A stretch of DNA of 64,000 bases from Myxococcota bacterium (GCA_965247115.1 CBDFGR010000002.1:1696001-1760000); one strand, 5' to 3'; positions 28,835 through 39,116 are shown, counted from the stretch's first letter. Numbers and translations are program-made. The notes: a model not told the origin generated them from the sequence alone.

Positions 28835-28889
28835 CACTCCTCCGAGGCCGGGGACCTGCCCCGACCTCCACTGAAAGCCCCTGCTTCAA

Positions 28890-30647
28890 GTGCTGGCGCC
28901 CATCGACCTCGCGCTAATCGGCGCATACCTGGTGCTCGCCCTGGCGTGGGGGGCACGACACGCGCGCAGGGCGGGAGCGAACAGCACGGAGTTCTTCGTG
29001 GCGGGGCGGGCGCTGCCATGGTGGATCGCTGGCACCTCGCTCGTGGCGACCACGTTCGCCGCGGACACGCCGCTGGCCATCGCGGGTCTGGTGGTCACGG
29101 AGGGCATCTCGGGCAACTGGTTCTGGTGGGCGGATGTGCTGCCTGCGATGCTCGGGGCGTTCCTGATCGCGCACTTGTGGCGTCGCAGCGGCGTGCTGAC
29201 GGACAACGAGCTCATCGAGCTGCGCTACGCGGGAGCGCCTGCTGCCGGACTGCGGCTCTTTCGCGCCCTCTACTTCGGCGTCCTGCGCAACGCGATCGTG
29301 ATCGGCTGGGTCAACCTCGCAATGCTCAAGGTGCTCCAGCTCGCGCTGGGACTCGACGCGACCTCCAGCCGCTGGCTGCTGGCGGGGCTGTTCGGCCTGA
29401 CCGTGGGCTATACGCTGCTCTCCGGTCTCTGGGGCGTGGTATTCACGGACGCCCTGCAGTTCGTGCTGGCGATGGGGGGCTCGGTCGTGCTCGCCGTCCT
29501 GGCCGTAGGCGCCGCCGGCGGGCTCCCGCAGCTGCTCCACGACCTGCGGGTCACGCTTGGACCTGAGTCCGCAGCGCGCACGCTCGCGTTGATCCCGGCG
29601 CAGCGCGAGGCGTTCTGGGCCTTCGTGATCTACGTCGGCTGCATGAGCTGGTCGACGGGAAATACAGAGGGCAGCGGCTACACCGCACAGCGTCTGTTGG
29701 CCACCCGAGACGAGCGTCACGCGCGTCTCGCCGCCATCTGGTTCGCGGTGGCTCACTTCGTGCTGCGCCCGTGGCCGTGGATCCTCGTCGGCCTGGTCGC
29801 GTACCTGGCGTATCCCGGGCTCGCGGATCCGGAATCCGGCTACGTGCGTGCGCTGCTGGATAATCTTCCCGACGGTCTGCGCGGCGCGATGCTGGCAGCC
29901 ATGCTGGCCGCGTTCATGTCGACCGTGGACACCCAGCTCAACTGGGGGGCCTCGTACCTGACGAACGACGTGTTCAAGCGCTTTCTGCGACCCGGCGCAG
30001 ACGAACGCACGCTCGTCTTTGTGGCCCGGGCGAGCATCGTGGCCCTCGCGGCCATTGGTGCGCTGGCGACCTTTGCCATGCCCTCGATCTCGGGCGCCTG
30101 GAAATTTCTGGCCTCGATCTCGGCGGGGACCGGCTTCATCGCGCTCCTGCGCTGGTTCTGGTGGCGCATCAACGCCTGGACCGAGATTGCCGTGATGAGC
30201 GCTTCGCTGCTCCTGGCCAACGCCCTGATTGTCTTCTCGGACGTGCCGTTTCCCTTCTCCCTTGCCCTGGTGGTCGCGGTTGCGATCCCGTTTGCGCTCG
30301 GGGTCACGTTCCTGACCGCGCCGGTGCCCGAGCGACGATTGCGGGAGTTCTTCGAGCGCCTGCGCCCCCCGGGCTGGTGGGCGCCGGTGGCCCGAGCGAG
30401 CGGTCTGGAGGCTGCGAAGCTGGGCTGGCGCCCCTGGCTCGCGGTGGGAAGCGCGACCCTCGGGATCTATGGACTTCTGCTCGGCGTCGGCTGGCTGCTG
30501 CTGGGCAGGCCCACGCAAGGTCTGGTCGCCGTGGCCATCGGGCTGGCGTTGCTCGTGTGGGCAGTCGTCGCGCCTGAGCGCGGAGTCGTCGCGCCTACAC
30601 GAGAGAGCCCCCCTCGCAGCTCGGCCCTGCCCGAGCCTCGCTACTGA
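28890..30647 (+). CDS. Sodium:solute symporter family protein
   Basis: EFFVAGRALPWW, ATTFAADTP, AAFMST, WWRIN. Confidence 0.9.
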   Translation: MLAPIDLALIGAYLVLALAWGARHARRAGANSTEFFVAGRALPWWIAGTSLVATTFAADTPLAIAGLVVTEGISGNWFWWADVLPAMLGAFLIAHLWRRSGVLTDNELIELRYAGAPAAGLRLFRALYFGVLRNAIVIGWVNLAMLKVLQLALGLDATSSRWLLAGLFGLTVGYTLLSGLWGVVFTDALQFVLAMGGSVVLAVLAVGAAGGLPQLLHDLRVTLGPESAARTLALIPAQREAFWAFVIYVGCMSWSTGNTEGSGYTAQRLLATRDERHARLAAIWFAVAHFVLRPWPWILVGLVAYLAYPGLADPESGYVRALLDNLPDGLRGAMLAAMLAAFMSTVDTQLNWGASYLTNDVFKRFLRPGADERTLVFVARASIVALAAIGALATFAMPSISGAWKFLASISAGTGFIALLRWFWWRINAWTEIAVMSASLLLANALIVFSDVPFPFSLALVVAVAIPFALGVTFLTAPVPERRLREFFERLRPPGWWAPVARASGLEAAKLGWRPWLAVGSATLGIYGLLLGVGWLLLGRPTQGLVAVAIGLALLVWAVVAPERGVVAPTRESPPRSSALPEPRY

Positions 30648-31327
30648 ACGATCTCGAGCAGCTCTACCTGGAAGCTCAGCACCGATCCCGGCTTGATCGA
30701 GCCCTTGATCCCCTGCTCGCCGTAGGCGATTTCCGACGGGCAGACGAGCTCGCTGCGCCCCCCTACCTTCATCAGCTGTAGACCTTCCGTCCAGCACGGG
30801 ATCACCCCATCGAGCCCAAACGTGGCGGGGGACCTGTCGCGCGTGCTGTCGAATACGCTGCCGTCGGTACGTGTGCCGTGGTAGTGCACGCGGACTTGAT
30901 CGCTCCGGTTCGGCTTCGCTCCCGCGCCCGCCTCGAGCTCTGTGTAGATCAGCCCGCTGGGTTTGATAACCGCGCCGGCATCTTCCTGGGCGCGGCTGAG
31001 GAACTCGTCACCGGTAGCTCGCATCCGCTCTCGAGCCTTGCCAACGCGCTGGCTTCGAAGATCGTCGATCCGGCGGGCCCACATCGAGGGAGAGATCTTC
31101 GGCTCGCGACCGAGCGCCCCGTCCGACAAACCGACCAACAGGATCTGGAACTCCGCCTCGCTCAGCTCGAATTCCTGCACGGCCTGGGCGAGGGAGAGGC
31201 CGATCACGTAGATAATCTTCTCCTCCTTCGTCTGCAGCTCGCCCGCCTCCGCCCCCCCGCTGCTCGCGGGCAAGGGAAGGGCCAGGCACAAGACGAGAAG
31301 GAGCAGGCGTGGAAGTGCAGAGAGCAT
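30641..31327 (-). CDS. FKBP-type peptidyl-prolyl isomerase (Mip/FkpA-like)
   Basis: Signal peptide, SGLIY, VHYHG..DGSVFDS, VIPCWTEGL, IAYG. Confidence 0.92.
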   Translation of the reverse strand: MLSALPRLLLLVLCLALPLPASSGGAEAGELQTKEEKIIYVIGLSLAQAVQEFELSEAEFQILLVGLSDGALGREPKISPSMWARRIDDLRSQRVGKARERMRATGDEFLSRAQEDAGAVIKPSGLIYTELEAGAGAKPNRSDQVRVHYHGTRTDGSVFDSTRDRSPATFGLDGVIPCWTEGLQLMKVGGRSELVCPSEIAYGEQGIKGSIKPGSVLSFQVELLEIVQ

Positions 31328-31385
31328 GCTGGGTCCCTTTCTCGTCAAGTCCAGCATGGTAATTCGTCGCTTTCGGGCGACAAGT

Positions 31386-31491
31386 TGAGTCTTGTGGGAC
31401 CCCGCGCGCGAGCGGTCGCGCGCGACCCACCTCCGCGCAGGGCTACGCCCTGCGCTGCGCGCGCCGCGTTCCGCGGCGCTTGCAGGGTGCC
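31386..31491 (+). repeat. Three-hairpin repeat A copy 2
   Basis: TGAGTCTTGTGGGACCC...ACCCACCTCCGC...GCGGCGCTTGCAGGGTGCC. Confidence 0.88.
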
Positions 31492-31561
31492 CTGTCGTCG
31501 GGTGGCTGCCCCACGGAAGAGTAGTGCTGTCGTCGGGTGGCTGCCCCACGGGAGAGCGGTG
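31492..31561 (+). repeat. 35-bp tandem duplication
   Basis: CTGTCGTCGGGTGGCTGCCCCACGG at 31492 and 31527. Confidence 0.9.
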
Positions 31562-31655
31562 GCGCGGAAAGCGGTCGCGCGCGCCGGGTTGGGCGGGGCG
31601 CGAGTAACTCAAGCTGGCGCTTGCGAAAATGGGGGGTGCCGGTAGCATGGCGGCC

Positions 31656-32300
31656 ATGAGGCCCGAGCCTGACGCGCCGGCACGAGAGAAGGTCCTGTTC
31701 CATCTCAAGATGCGGGGGCCCCAGTCCGCAGCCATGATCGCACGGCGTCTGGGGGTGACCGCGATGGCCGTGCGCCAGCACCTCTACAAGCTCGCCGAGG
31801 AAGAGCTGGTGGAGTTCGACGATGAGCGGCGCGGTCCGGGGCGGCCGCTACGCGTCTGGAAGCTCATGCCGAAGGCGGATGCTCGGTTCCCCGATGCGCA
31901 CGCGGGTCTCACAGTGGAGCTGCTCTCGACCCTGCGTAGCACCCTTGGTGAGCAAGGTCTCGACAAGCTCATCGCGGAACGAACGCGGCAGCAGGAGTGT
32001 GAGTACGAGAAGCGCATGCCGGAGGGCGATGCGTCGCTCCGAGAACGCGTTGCCGCGCTCACACGCATCCGCCGTGAGGAGGGCTACCTCGCCGAGTTCT
32101 CAAGCAAGCGCGACGGCAGCTTCCTGCTCGTCGAGAATCACTGTCCCATCTGCGCCGCCGCCAGTGTCTGCCAAGGACTCTGCCGCGAGGAGCTGACGCT
32201 GTTTCGCACACTGCTCGGAAAGGGTGTTCAAGTAGAGCGCGTCGACCATATACTCTCGGGTGCGCGTCGCTGCGCGTACCGCATCCAGGGAGGGGAGTGA
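31656..32300 (+). CDS. SufR-like HTH transcriptional regulator
   Basis: VTAMAVRQHL, GRP, ENHCPIC...C..LC..E, RRCAY. Confidence 0.85.
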   Translation: MRPEPDAPAREKVLFHLKMRGPQSAAMIARRLGVTAMAVRQHLYKLAEEELVEFDDERRGPGRPLRVWKLMPKADARFPDAHAGLTVELLSTLRSTLGEQGLDKLIAERTRQQECEYEKRMPEGDASLRERVAALTRIRREEGYLAEFSSKRDGSFLLVENHCPICAAASVCQGLCREELTLFRTLLGKGVQVERVDHILSGARRCAYRIQGGE

Positions 32301-32302
32301 GA

Positions 32303-33145
32303 ATGGGCGACGCTGGACCCCGCTCCGCGAGCGTCGAGGTGAACGGCCTGAAGCTCCACTATCTCGACTGGGACGCGGCTACCCAGGTGCCGGCCCTCGC
32401 CTTCCACGGTTTTGCGCTCAACTGCCACTCCTGGGATGAAGTGGCCCCGTCGCTGTGCTCGCGAGTTCAGGTCCTGGCCTTCGACCAGCGCGGACACGGC
32501 CTCTCGGACTGGGCGGAGAAGCTCGAGGACTACACCCGGGACAGCATGGTGCGTGACATCGAGGGGATCGTGGAGGCGCTGAAGCTCTCGCGCCCGGTGG
32601 TGATCGGCCACAGCATGGGCGGCTTGAACTCCATGACCTTCGCCTCGCGCAACCCGGACAAGCTGCGCGCTCTGGTGCTGGTCGACGTGGGTCCCGAGGT
32701 CTCCGTCGACGGGGCGAAGCAGGTCTCCTACTTCGTCGCGGGTCCGTACGAGCTCGAGAGCCTGGAGGACTGGGTCGAGTACACCCACGAGTACTACCCC
32801 TGGCGCCCCAAGGAGCGCATTCGCGCCCGTCTGGAGACGTCGTTGCGCAGGACGGAGTCCGGGAGATTCGCGAAGCAGTACGATGAGCGCTTTCGACACT
32901 CGTTTGAGGGCATTGCAGAGGGATCGGAGTCGCTCTGGGATGTTGCGGAACGGCTGAAGTGTCCGACGTTGCTCGTTCACGGAGGCGCGAGCCCGGTGCT
33001 CCCGTTGCAGACGGCCGTGGAGTTCGAGCGGAGGATCGACTGCGTACGGCGCGTCTGTATCGACGGGGCGAGCCATTCGGTCGCCGGCGACAAGCCGAAC
33101 GAGTTCGTCAAGGCAGTGTCCGGCTTCCTCGACGAGGTTCTGTAG
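32303..33145 (+). CDS. Alpha/beta hydrolase
   Basis: FHGF, DQRGHGLS, GHSMGG, ASHSV. Confidence 0.9.
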   Translation: MGDAGPRSASVEVNGLKLHYLDWDAATQVPALAFHGFALNCHSWDEVAPSLCSRVQVLAFDQRGHGLSDWAEKLEDYTRDSMVRDIEGIVEALKLSRPVVIGHSMGGLNSMTFASRNPDKLRALVLVDVGPEVSVDGAKQVSYFVAGPYELESLEDWVEYTHEYYPWRPKERIRARLETSLRRTESGRFAKQYDERFRHSFEGIAEGSESLWDVAERLKCPTLLVHGGASPVLPLQTAVEFERRIDCVRRVCIDGASHSVAGDKPNEFVKAVSGFLDEVL

Positions 33146-33155
33146 GCCGGAATCG

Positions 33156-33539
33156 GTGCGGCTCGAAGCTCCGGACTACGTCGTCCTCATCGTGGCTGAT
33201 CTCGAGCGAGCGCTCGCCTTCTACGTCGACCTGCTCGGCCTGGCCCTGGGACATCGTTCCGGCGCGTACGCGCAGCTCGACACCGGTCGAACCCGGCTGT
33301 CGCTCTACGAGCGAGAGAGCATGCAAGAGACGCTGGGCTTCGTGCTGCGGCCAGCGGCGGATGACCGACCGGGCTTCGAGCTGGGCTTCAAGGTCGACGA
33401 CATCGATGCTGCCTTCGAGGAGCTGCTGGAGGGTGGCGCCGTCTCTGCCAGTCCTCCGGTCGATCGGCCCTGGGGACAGCGCACCGGCTACGTGCGGGAT
33501 CCCGATGGCCATCTGATCGAGCTGGTCCAGACGCTGTAG
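33156..33539 (+). CDS. VOC family protein
   Basis: VADLERALAFY, PWGQR, RDPDGHLIEL. Confidence 0.9.
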   Translation: MRLEAPDYVVLIVADLERALAFYVDLLGLALGHRSGAYAQLDTGRTRLSLYERESMQETLGFVLRPAADDRPGFELGFKVDDIDAAFEELLEGGAVSASPPVDRPWGQRTGYVRDPDGHLIELVQTL

Positions 33540-33549
33540 GCTCCCACAG

Positions 33550-33828
33550 GTGAGCTCGGACCAACCCTCCTTCGACGCTGTCTGGTCGCGGATCCGCGAG
33601 CGTGGCGGCGAGTTCTTCAAGACCGGTGAGGGTCAGTGGTTCACATACAAGGTGGAGGGCGACGTAATCCAGCCAAGCCACTCGGAGCTGCGCATCCCCC
33701 GCTCGGACTTCGAGCTCGCCTTCCCCCTGCTGCCCGTGCCGCCGGCCAAGCTGAACAAGTTCGTGACGGGTCCCAAGTTCGTCTGGGCCATCCTTCACGA
33801 CCCGCGCATCTCGGTAGGCCGCTGGTAG
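33550..33828 (+). CDS. Small hypothetical protein
   Basis: Genome-like codon use; VWAILHDPRI terminus; TAGGCT 7 nt before GTG. Confidence 0.65.
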   Translation: MSSDQPSFDAVWSRIRERGGEFFKTGEGQWFTYKVEGDVIQPSHSELRIPRSDFELAFPLLPVPPAKLNKFVTGPKFVWAILHDPRISVGRW

Positions 33829-33907
33829 GTCTGTCCAGCCTGACTGAACCCATGCGGCAGTCGATTCGACGGCACGAACCCCGCAGTTGTCACTAGAATC
33901 CAGATCG

Positions 33908-34282
33908 GTGAGCGTTCTCGAGTTCGCAGGTGCGCGGATGCAGGTCCACCTGGGCTGCTCGGCCGAGGAGCGGGCGGATCCCCAGGCCGTGGAGCTCGAC
34001 GTGGCGGTCCGCTTCGCGGAGCTGCCGCGCGGCTGCGAGAGCGACGAGCTCGTGGACACGGTCGACTACTGCGGTCTGATCGAGGCCGCCCGGAGCCTCT
34101 GCGCCGAGCGCGAGTTCAAGCTCATCGAGCACCTGGCCGCGGAGCTGAGGGCCCGGCTCTGCGCGCAGCTTCCCGGCGCTTCTGAGCTCTGGCTCCGCAT
34201 CACGAAGCTCCACCCGCCGGTCGTGGACCTGGAAGGCGGGGTGAGCTTCTCCCTCGGCGACTGGGAGCCTCCCGGCCGCTAG
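33908..34282 (+). CDS. folB: Dihydroneopterin aldolase
   Basis: HLG..AEER..PQ, DELVDTVDY, KLIEHLA, TKLHPP. Confidence 0.85.
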   Translation: MSVLEFAGARMQVHLGCSAEERADPQAVELDVAVRFAELPRGCESDELVDTVDYCGLIEAARSLCAEREFKLIEHLAAELRARLCAQLPGASELWLRITKLHPPVVDLEGGVSFSLGDWEPPGR

Positions 34283-34339
34283 CCCTTCCGCCCGGGGTAG
34301 ACTCTGTCTCCCCAAGAAACGGAGCGGGAAGGTCAGACG

Positions 34340-35692
34340 ATGCCTCAATACGACTACGACCTCTTCACGATCGGCGGCGGCTCCGGCGGGGTTCGGGCTT
34401 CGCGCGTGTCGGCTGGCTTCGGCGCACGAGTGGCGCTTGCGGAGGAGCGTTACCTCGGTGGTACCTGTGTCAACGTCGGCTGCATTCCCAAGAAGCTGCT
34501 CGTCTACGCCTCTCACTTCTCCGAGGACTTCGAGGAAGCGGCGTCGTACGGCTGGTCGGTGGGCAGGAGCGACTTCGACTGGAGCGCGCTGATCGCGAAC
34601 AAGGACGCGGAGATCGCGCGTCTCAACGGCGTGTACGATCGGCTGCTGAGCGACGCTGGAGTGGATCAGGTCTCGGGACACGCCACCCTGATCGACGCCC
34701 ACACGGTGGCCGTCGGCGAGCGGCGCTTCAGCGCCAAGAACATCCTGGTGGCGACGGGGAGCTGGCCGGCGCTTCCGCAGGTGCCCGGGATCGAGCACGT
34801 GGTCACGTCGAACGAGGCTTTTCACCTGAAGACCATGCCGGAGCGCGTTCTCATCATCGGCGGGGGCTACATAGCGGTGGAGTTCGCGGGCATCTTCCAC
34901 GGCCTGGGTGTCCAGACCACCGAGCTCTACCGCGGCCCGCTGTTCCTGCGCGGCTTTGACGACGACGTGCGGCAGGTGCTCGGCGAAGAGATGCGCAAGA
35001 AGGGCATCGACCTGCGCTTCGAGGTGACGGTGGACAAGGTCGAGCGCACGGACGCCGGTCTGCTCGCCACGTTGAGTGATGGCAGCTCGATCGAGGTCGA
35101 CGAGATCATGTACGCGACCGGTCGGCGCCCGCTCACCGGGCAGCTCGGGCTCGAGGAGGTCGGGGTGGAGCTCAACGAGAAGGGGGCGGTGGTCGTTGAC
35201 GACTACTCGCGCTCGTCCGTCGACCACATCTGGGCGGTCGGCGATGCAACGGATCGAATCAATCTCACGCCCGTCGCGCTCCACGAGGGGATGTGCCTTG
35301 CGAGCACGCTATTCGCTGACACGCCCACGAAGCCCTGCCATGAAGACGTCGCCTCGGCTGTGTTCAGCCAGCCTCCCATTGGCTCCGTCGGTCTGACAGA
35401 GACGCGCGCACGCGAGCGCTACGGCGAGCTCGATATCTACAAGAGCCGCTTTCGCTCGCTCAAGCACACGCTGACCGGGAGCGACGAGACGACCTTCATG
35501 AAGCTGATCGTCGACCGAGCGACCGATCGCGTCGTCGGCTTCCACGTGGTCGGCGCGGACTCGGGCGAGATGACGCAGGGAGTCGCGATCGCGATCAAGT
35601 GCGGGGCCACGAAGGCGCAGTTCGACGCTACGATCGGCATCCACCCCACGTCGGCCGAGGAATTCGTGACGATGCGCGAGCCGGTCGCGTAA
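34340..35692 (+). CDS. gor: Glutathione-disulfide reductase
   Basis: GGGSGG, GGTCVNVGCIPKK, GGGYIAVEFA, IHPTSAEE. Confidence 0.95.
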   Translation: MPQYDYDLFTIGGGSGGVRASRVSAGFGARVALAEERYLGGTCVNVGCIPKKLLVYASHFSEDFEEAASYGWSVGRSDFDWSALIANKDAEIARLNGVYDRLLSDAGVDQVSGHATLIDAHTVAVGERRFSAKNILVATGSWPALPQVPGIEHVVTSNEAFHLKTMPERVLIIGGGYIAVEFAGIFHGLGVQTTELYRGPLFLRGFDDDVRQVLGEEMRKKGIDLRFEVTVDKVERTDAGLLATLSDGSSIEVDEIMYATGRRPLTGQLGLEEVGVELNEKGAVVVDDYSRSSVDHIWAVGDATDRINLTPVALHEGMCLASTLFADTPTKPCHEDVASAVFSQPPIGSVGLTETRARERYGELDIYKSRFRSLKHTLTGSDETTFMKLIVDRATDRVVGFHVVGADSGEMTQGVAIAIKCGATKAQFDATIGIHPTSAEEFVTMREPVA

Positions 35693-35719
35693 GGTCCGAA
35701 GGCTGATCGGCACAGACTT

Positions 35720-36271
35720 GTGCGTGCGCCGGAGAGCCCCGTGCGGTTGGTAGGGTTCCTGGGGATCCTCGCCTTCGCCATGCTGGCGATTGTCGCCATT
35801 GCATTGGGTGTTCCCGAGAGTCCGCTCGGGCACGGCTTCACGCACCCCGAGATCGCCAGCATGGAGCGCGGAGGGGGAGGCTACGCGCGCGCCGAGGGCG
35901 TGCTCGAGCTGGGCTGGGCTTTCGGCCTGGCGCAGGTCCTGTTCTTCACCGGGCTCCTGGCCCTTGGCGCGCGCAGTCGAGACGGGCTGCGCGGGCTCGG
36001 TCCCGGTCTGCTGGCGGGGGGCCTCGTCTACGCGGTGATCTGGACCGCACTCGTGCTCACGTATCGAACCTACGCGCTGAGCCCCGATCCAGTCCTCTTT
36101 CTGGGCTTCCCAGCGCCGACGGCGATCATGCTCTTCGCGCTCTACGCCGCGCCGGGCATCTTCATGGTCCTGTACGTGGTCGGGTTCGAGCGCTGGATCG
36201 CCAGCCCAGCGGACCTCGCAGCGCTGGAACGCCGGCTCGCCGACCTGCGCCGGGAGCGGGATGACTCCTGA
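35720..36271 (+). CDS. Membrane protein coupled to symporter
   Basis: Four hydrophobic segments; stop overlaps next ATG. Confidence 0.7.
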   Translation: MRAPESPVRLVGFLGILAFAMLAIVAIALGVPESPLGHGFTHPEIASMERGGGGYARAEGVLELGWAFGLAQVLFFTGLLALGARSRDGLRGLGPGLLAGGLVYAVIWTALVLTYRTYALSPDPVLFLGFPAPTAIMLFALYAAPGIFMVLYVVGFERWIASPADLAALERRLADLRRERDDS

Positions 36272-37767
36272 TGGAGGCGTTCCGGAACCCGATCATCCTG
36301 GGCTCCGTTGGCATCTACATGGCGGTGTGCGTCGGGTTCGGCATCTGGGCGATGAGGCGCACGCACTCCACGCGGGATTTCTTCATGGCCGGGCGCCAGA
36401 TCGGTGTCATGGTCGCGGGTCTTGCGGTGTTTTCGAGCACGCTCTCGGGCTTCGGCTTCGTCGGTGGCCCGGGACTCGTCTACTCCATGGGCATGAGCTC
36501 CATGTGGATGGTGGTCTGCGCCTCGATGGGCTTTTGTCTGTCGTTCTTCCTGCTGGCCAAGCGCCTTCGCCTCTTCGCGGAGGCACGCGACACGGTGTCG
36601 CTGCCCGACGCGGTCTGCGCACGCTACGGCAGCGAGACGAGTCGCCTGCTGACCGCGATCGCCATCCTGCTCGGCGTGCTGGGCTACCTAGCGACTCAGA
36701 TCCTGGCGATGGCGACGGTGCTGCAGAGCATTCTGGAGCGCACGGAGTTCCTGGGCGGAGTCGGCCTGATCGGGTGTGTCGCTATTTCGAGCGCCGTGCT
36801 GGTCTTCTACTGCGTGACGGGAGGAATCATCGCGTCGGTCTACACCGATCTGGTGCAGGGCGGTGTCATGGTGGTCGCGGCGCTACTCATCTTCGTGACG
36901 GCCCTCTACGCCGTGGACGGGGGCGCGGCGGGCGCTGTGCAGATCATCATGCGCGACGACCCCGAGGCCATGGGTCCCTGGGGCACGTTGGGAATGTTGG
37001 GCTGCCTGTCCTGGTACTTCATGTTCGCACTGGGCGGCTGCGGGCAGCCGCACATCGTCACAAAGTTCATGATGAACAAGTCGGTCTCTGACGCGCGCAA
37101 GGTGCTGCCAGTGACCGTCATCAGCTTCGTTCTGGCCGCCTTGCTCTGGATCAGCATCGGCCTTGCGATGCGAGCACTTGTTCTTGCGGGAGACCACCCC
37201 GCGCTAGCGAATGCGGACGCAGCTGCAGCTGAGTTCTTGCAGAGCTACGCGCATCCGCTTCTCGCCGGAGTCGTATTCGCGGGGCTCTTCGCTGCGATCA
37301 TGTCGACGGCCGACGGCTTCATCAACATCGGCGCGGCCGCGGTGGTTCACGACATTCCGACGGCGCTGCGCGGCCGCTCGCTCCCGAACGAGCTCTTCTC
37401 GGCGCGGGTCGCGACGGTCGTGATCGCGCTGGCCGCAGCGCTCTTCGCGCTCTACTCCCACTACGAGAACGAGCGCCTGGTGGCCCTGCTGGGCGCGTTC
37501 GGCTGGGGGACCTTTGCGGCCGCTCTCGTTCCCACGGTGGCGATCGGCTTCAACTGGAAGCGCGCCAGCGCCACCGCGGCGAACACCGCGATCGTCGCGA
37601 GCCTGGCCATCAACTTCGGTCTGGAGCTGCTCGATGTGGAGATCCCCTACGGCATCCACGGCGGCACGATCGCGTTGCTGGTGTCCGTCGCGCTCTTCTT
37701 CGGGATCTCCCTCCTGAGTCCGTCGCCACGTCTTGCTCCCGACGTCGAAGCGGTCATGGACATCTAA
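36271..37767 (+). CDS. Sodium:solute (PutP/PanF-like) symporter
   Basis: DFFMAGR, SGFGFVGGPG, GQPH, AAIMSTAD. Confidence 0.9.
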   Translation: MEAFRNPIILGSVGIYMAVCVGFGIWAMRRTHSTRDFFMAGRQIGVMVAGLAVFSSTLSGFGFVGGPGLVYSMGMSSMWMVVCASMGFCLSFFLLAKRLRLFAEARDTVSLPDAVCARYGSETSRLLTAIAILLGVLGYLATQILAMATVLQSILERTEFLGGVGLIGCVAISSAVLVFYCVTGGIIASVYTDLVQGGVMVVAALLIFVTALYAVDGGAAGAVQIIMRDDPEAMGPWGTLGMLGCLSWYFMFALGGCGQPHIVTKFMMNKSVSDARKVLPVTVISFVLAALLWISIGLAMRALVLAGDHPALANADAAAAEFLQSYAHPLLAGVVFAGLFAAIMSTADGFINIGAAAVVHDIPTALRGRSLPNELFSARVATVVIALAAALFALYSHYENERLVALLGAFGWGTFAAALVPTVAIGFNWKRASATAANTAIVASLAINFGLELLDVEIPYGIHGGTIALLVSVALFFGISLLSPSPRLAPDVEAVMDI

Positions 37768-37785
37768 CCAGCGCCACCGCTAAGC

Positions 37786-37883
37786 TCCCATGCAAGCGCC
37801 GCGCTAGCGGCCCGCGCAGCGAAGGCCAAAGGCCTGAGCGGAGGTGGGTGGGCCCCAGCCGCCCGCGGCCCGGGTCCCACAAG
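37786..37883 (-). repeat. Three-hairpin repeat A copy 3 (inverted)
   Basis: Reverse complement CTTGTGGGACCCGG...ACCCACCTCCGCTCAGGCCTTTGGCCTTCGCTGCGCG...GCGGCGCTTGCATGGG. Confidence 0.88.
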
Positions 37884-37902
37884 CCCCACAAGGAGAGAGC
37901 AC

Positions 37903-38973
37903 ATGGACGTCGGAATTGCAGTGATCTTCCAGAATCCCGAGGGCGAACGCAGCGATCGCGAGGTGTATCAGAGCGAGCTCAGGCTGGCCGATCAGGCCAC
38001 GCCCCTGGGCTTTCAGTCCATCTGGGGGGTGGAGCATCACTTTACCGACTACACGATGTGCCCGGATGTGCTGCAGTTCTTGACGTACATGGCGGCTCGT
38101 CACCCCACACTCGGCCTCGGGTCCATGGTCGTCGTGCTGCCGTGGCACAACCCCATCCGGGTAGCCGAGCAGATCTCCGTACTCGATCACCTGTCTGACG
38201 GGCGTCTCGTGCTCGGACTGGGTCGCGGCCTCGGCAGGGTCGAGTTCGAGGGCATGGGAGTGGACCAGAACACGAGCCGCGCGTTCTTCACCGAGGCGGC
38301 GACGATGCTGATCGAGGGCCTGGAGAACGGCTACTGCGAGCTCGACGGCGAGTACCTCAAGCAGGTGCGCCGCGACATTCGACCGCGGCCGTTCAAGAGC
38401 TTCAAAGGTCGCACCTACGCCGCGGCCATCTCGCCGGAGTCCTCCGAGATCATGGCCCGGCTCGGCGTCGGTATCCTGGTCATCCCGCAAAAACCGTGGG
38501 AGCAGGTCGAGCAAGAGCTCAAGACCTACCGCGATATCTACCGCGAGGTGCACGGAGAGCCGGCGCCGCCCACGATCTCCACGGGCTGGGTCTTCTGCGA
38601 CGAGGACGAGGGTCGCGCGGAAGAACTCGCGCGGCGCTACATCGGCGGCTACTGGCACACCGTCGTGAAGCACTACGAGCTGATTGGCGACCACCTCGGC
38701 AAGCTCAAGGGCTACGAGTCTTACGCCAAGCTGCAGGAGGACGCGAGCGCCGAAGGCGGCCCCGAGGAGCTCGTCGACTTCTTCCTCGGCCTGCAGATCT
38801 GGGGCACCCCGGAGCAGTGCTACGGGAAAGTGGTCGACGTCACGAAGCGCCTCGGCAGCAACAGCTTCAACGGCATCTTCAGCTACGCCGGCATGCCCTT
38901 CGCCGAAGCCGAGCGCAACCTCCACCTCTTCGCCCGCGAAGTAATGCCTGCGCTCCAGGACGTGGAGCTCTAG
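37903..38973 (+). CDS. LLM-class flavin-dependent oxidoreductase
   Basis: WGVEHHF, PIRVAEQISVLDHLSDGR, GLGRG, GTPEQC. Confidence 0.92.
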   Translation: MDVGIAVIFQNPEGERSDREVYQSELRLADQATPLGFQSIWGVEHHFTDYTMCPDVLQFLTYMAARHPTLGLGSMVVVLPWHNPIRVAEQISVLDHLSDGRLVLGLGRGLGRVEFEGMGVDQNTSRAFFTEAATMLIEGLENGYCELDGEYLKQVRRDIRPRPFKSFKGRTYAAAISPESSEIMARLGVGILVIPQKPWEQVEQELKTYRDIYREVHGEPAPPTISTGWVFCDEDEGRAEELARRYIGGYWHTVVKHYELIGDHLGKLKGYESYAKLQEDASAEGGPEELVDFFLGLQIWGTPEQCYGKVVDVTKRLGSNSFNGIFSYAGMPFAEAERNLHLFAREVMPALQDVEL

Positions 38974-38974
38974 T

Positions 38975-39116
38975 CTTGTGGGACCCGGCCGCGGGCGTCC
39001 GCGGCCACCCACCTCCGCTCAGGCCGGAGGCCTTCGCTGCGCGCGCCGCGTTCCGCGGCGCTTGCGGGGTGCCAAGCCTTGTGGGACCCGGTCGCGACCG
39101 CTTGCGCGCGGGTCCC
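38975..39116 (+). repeat. Three-hairpin repeat A copy 4 plus partial second copy
   Basis: Full copy to ~39077, then CTTGTGGGACCCGGTCGCGACCGCTTGCGCGCGGGTCCC. Confidence 0.9.

Noticed and set aside
31492..31561. CRISPR array
   Set aside because: Only two adjacent units, no unique spacers, no cas genes; the same holds for 61454-61520.
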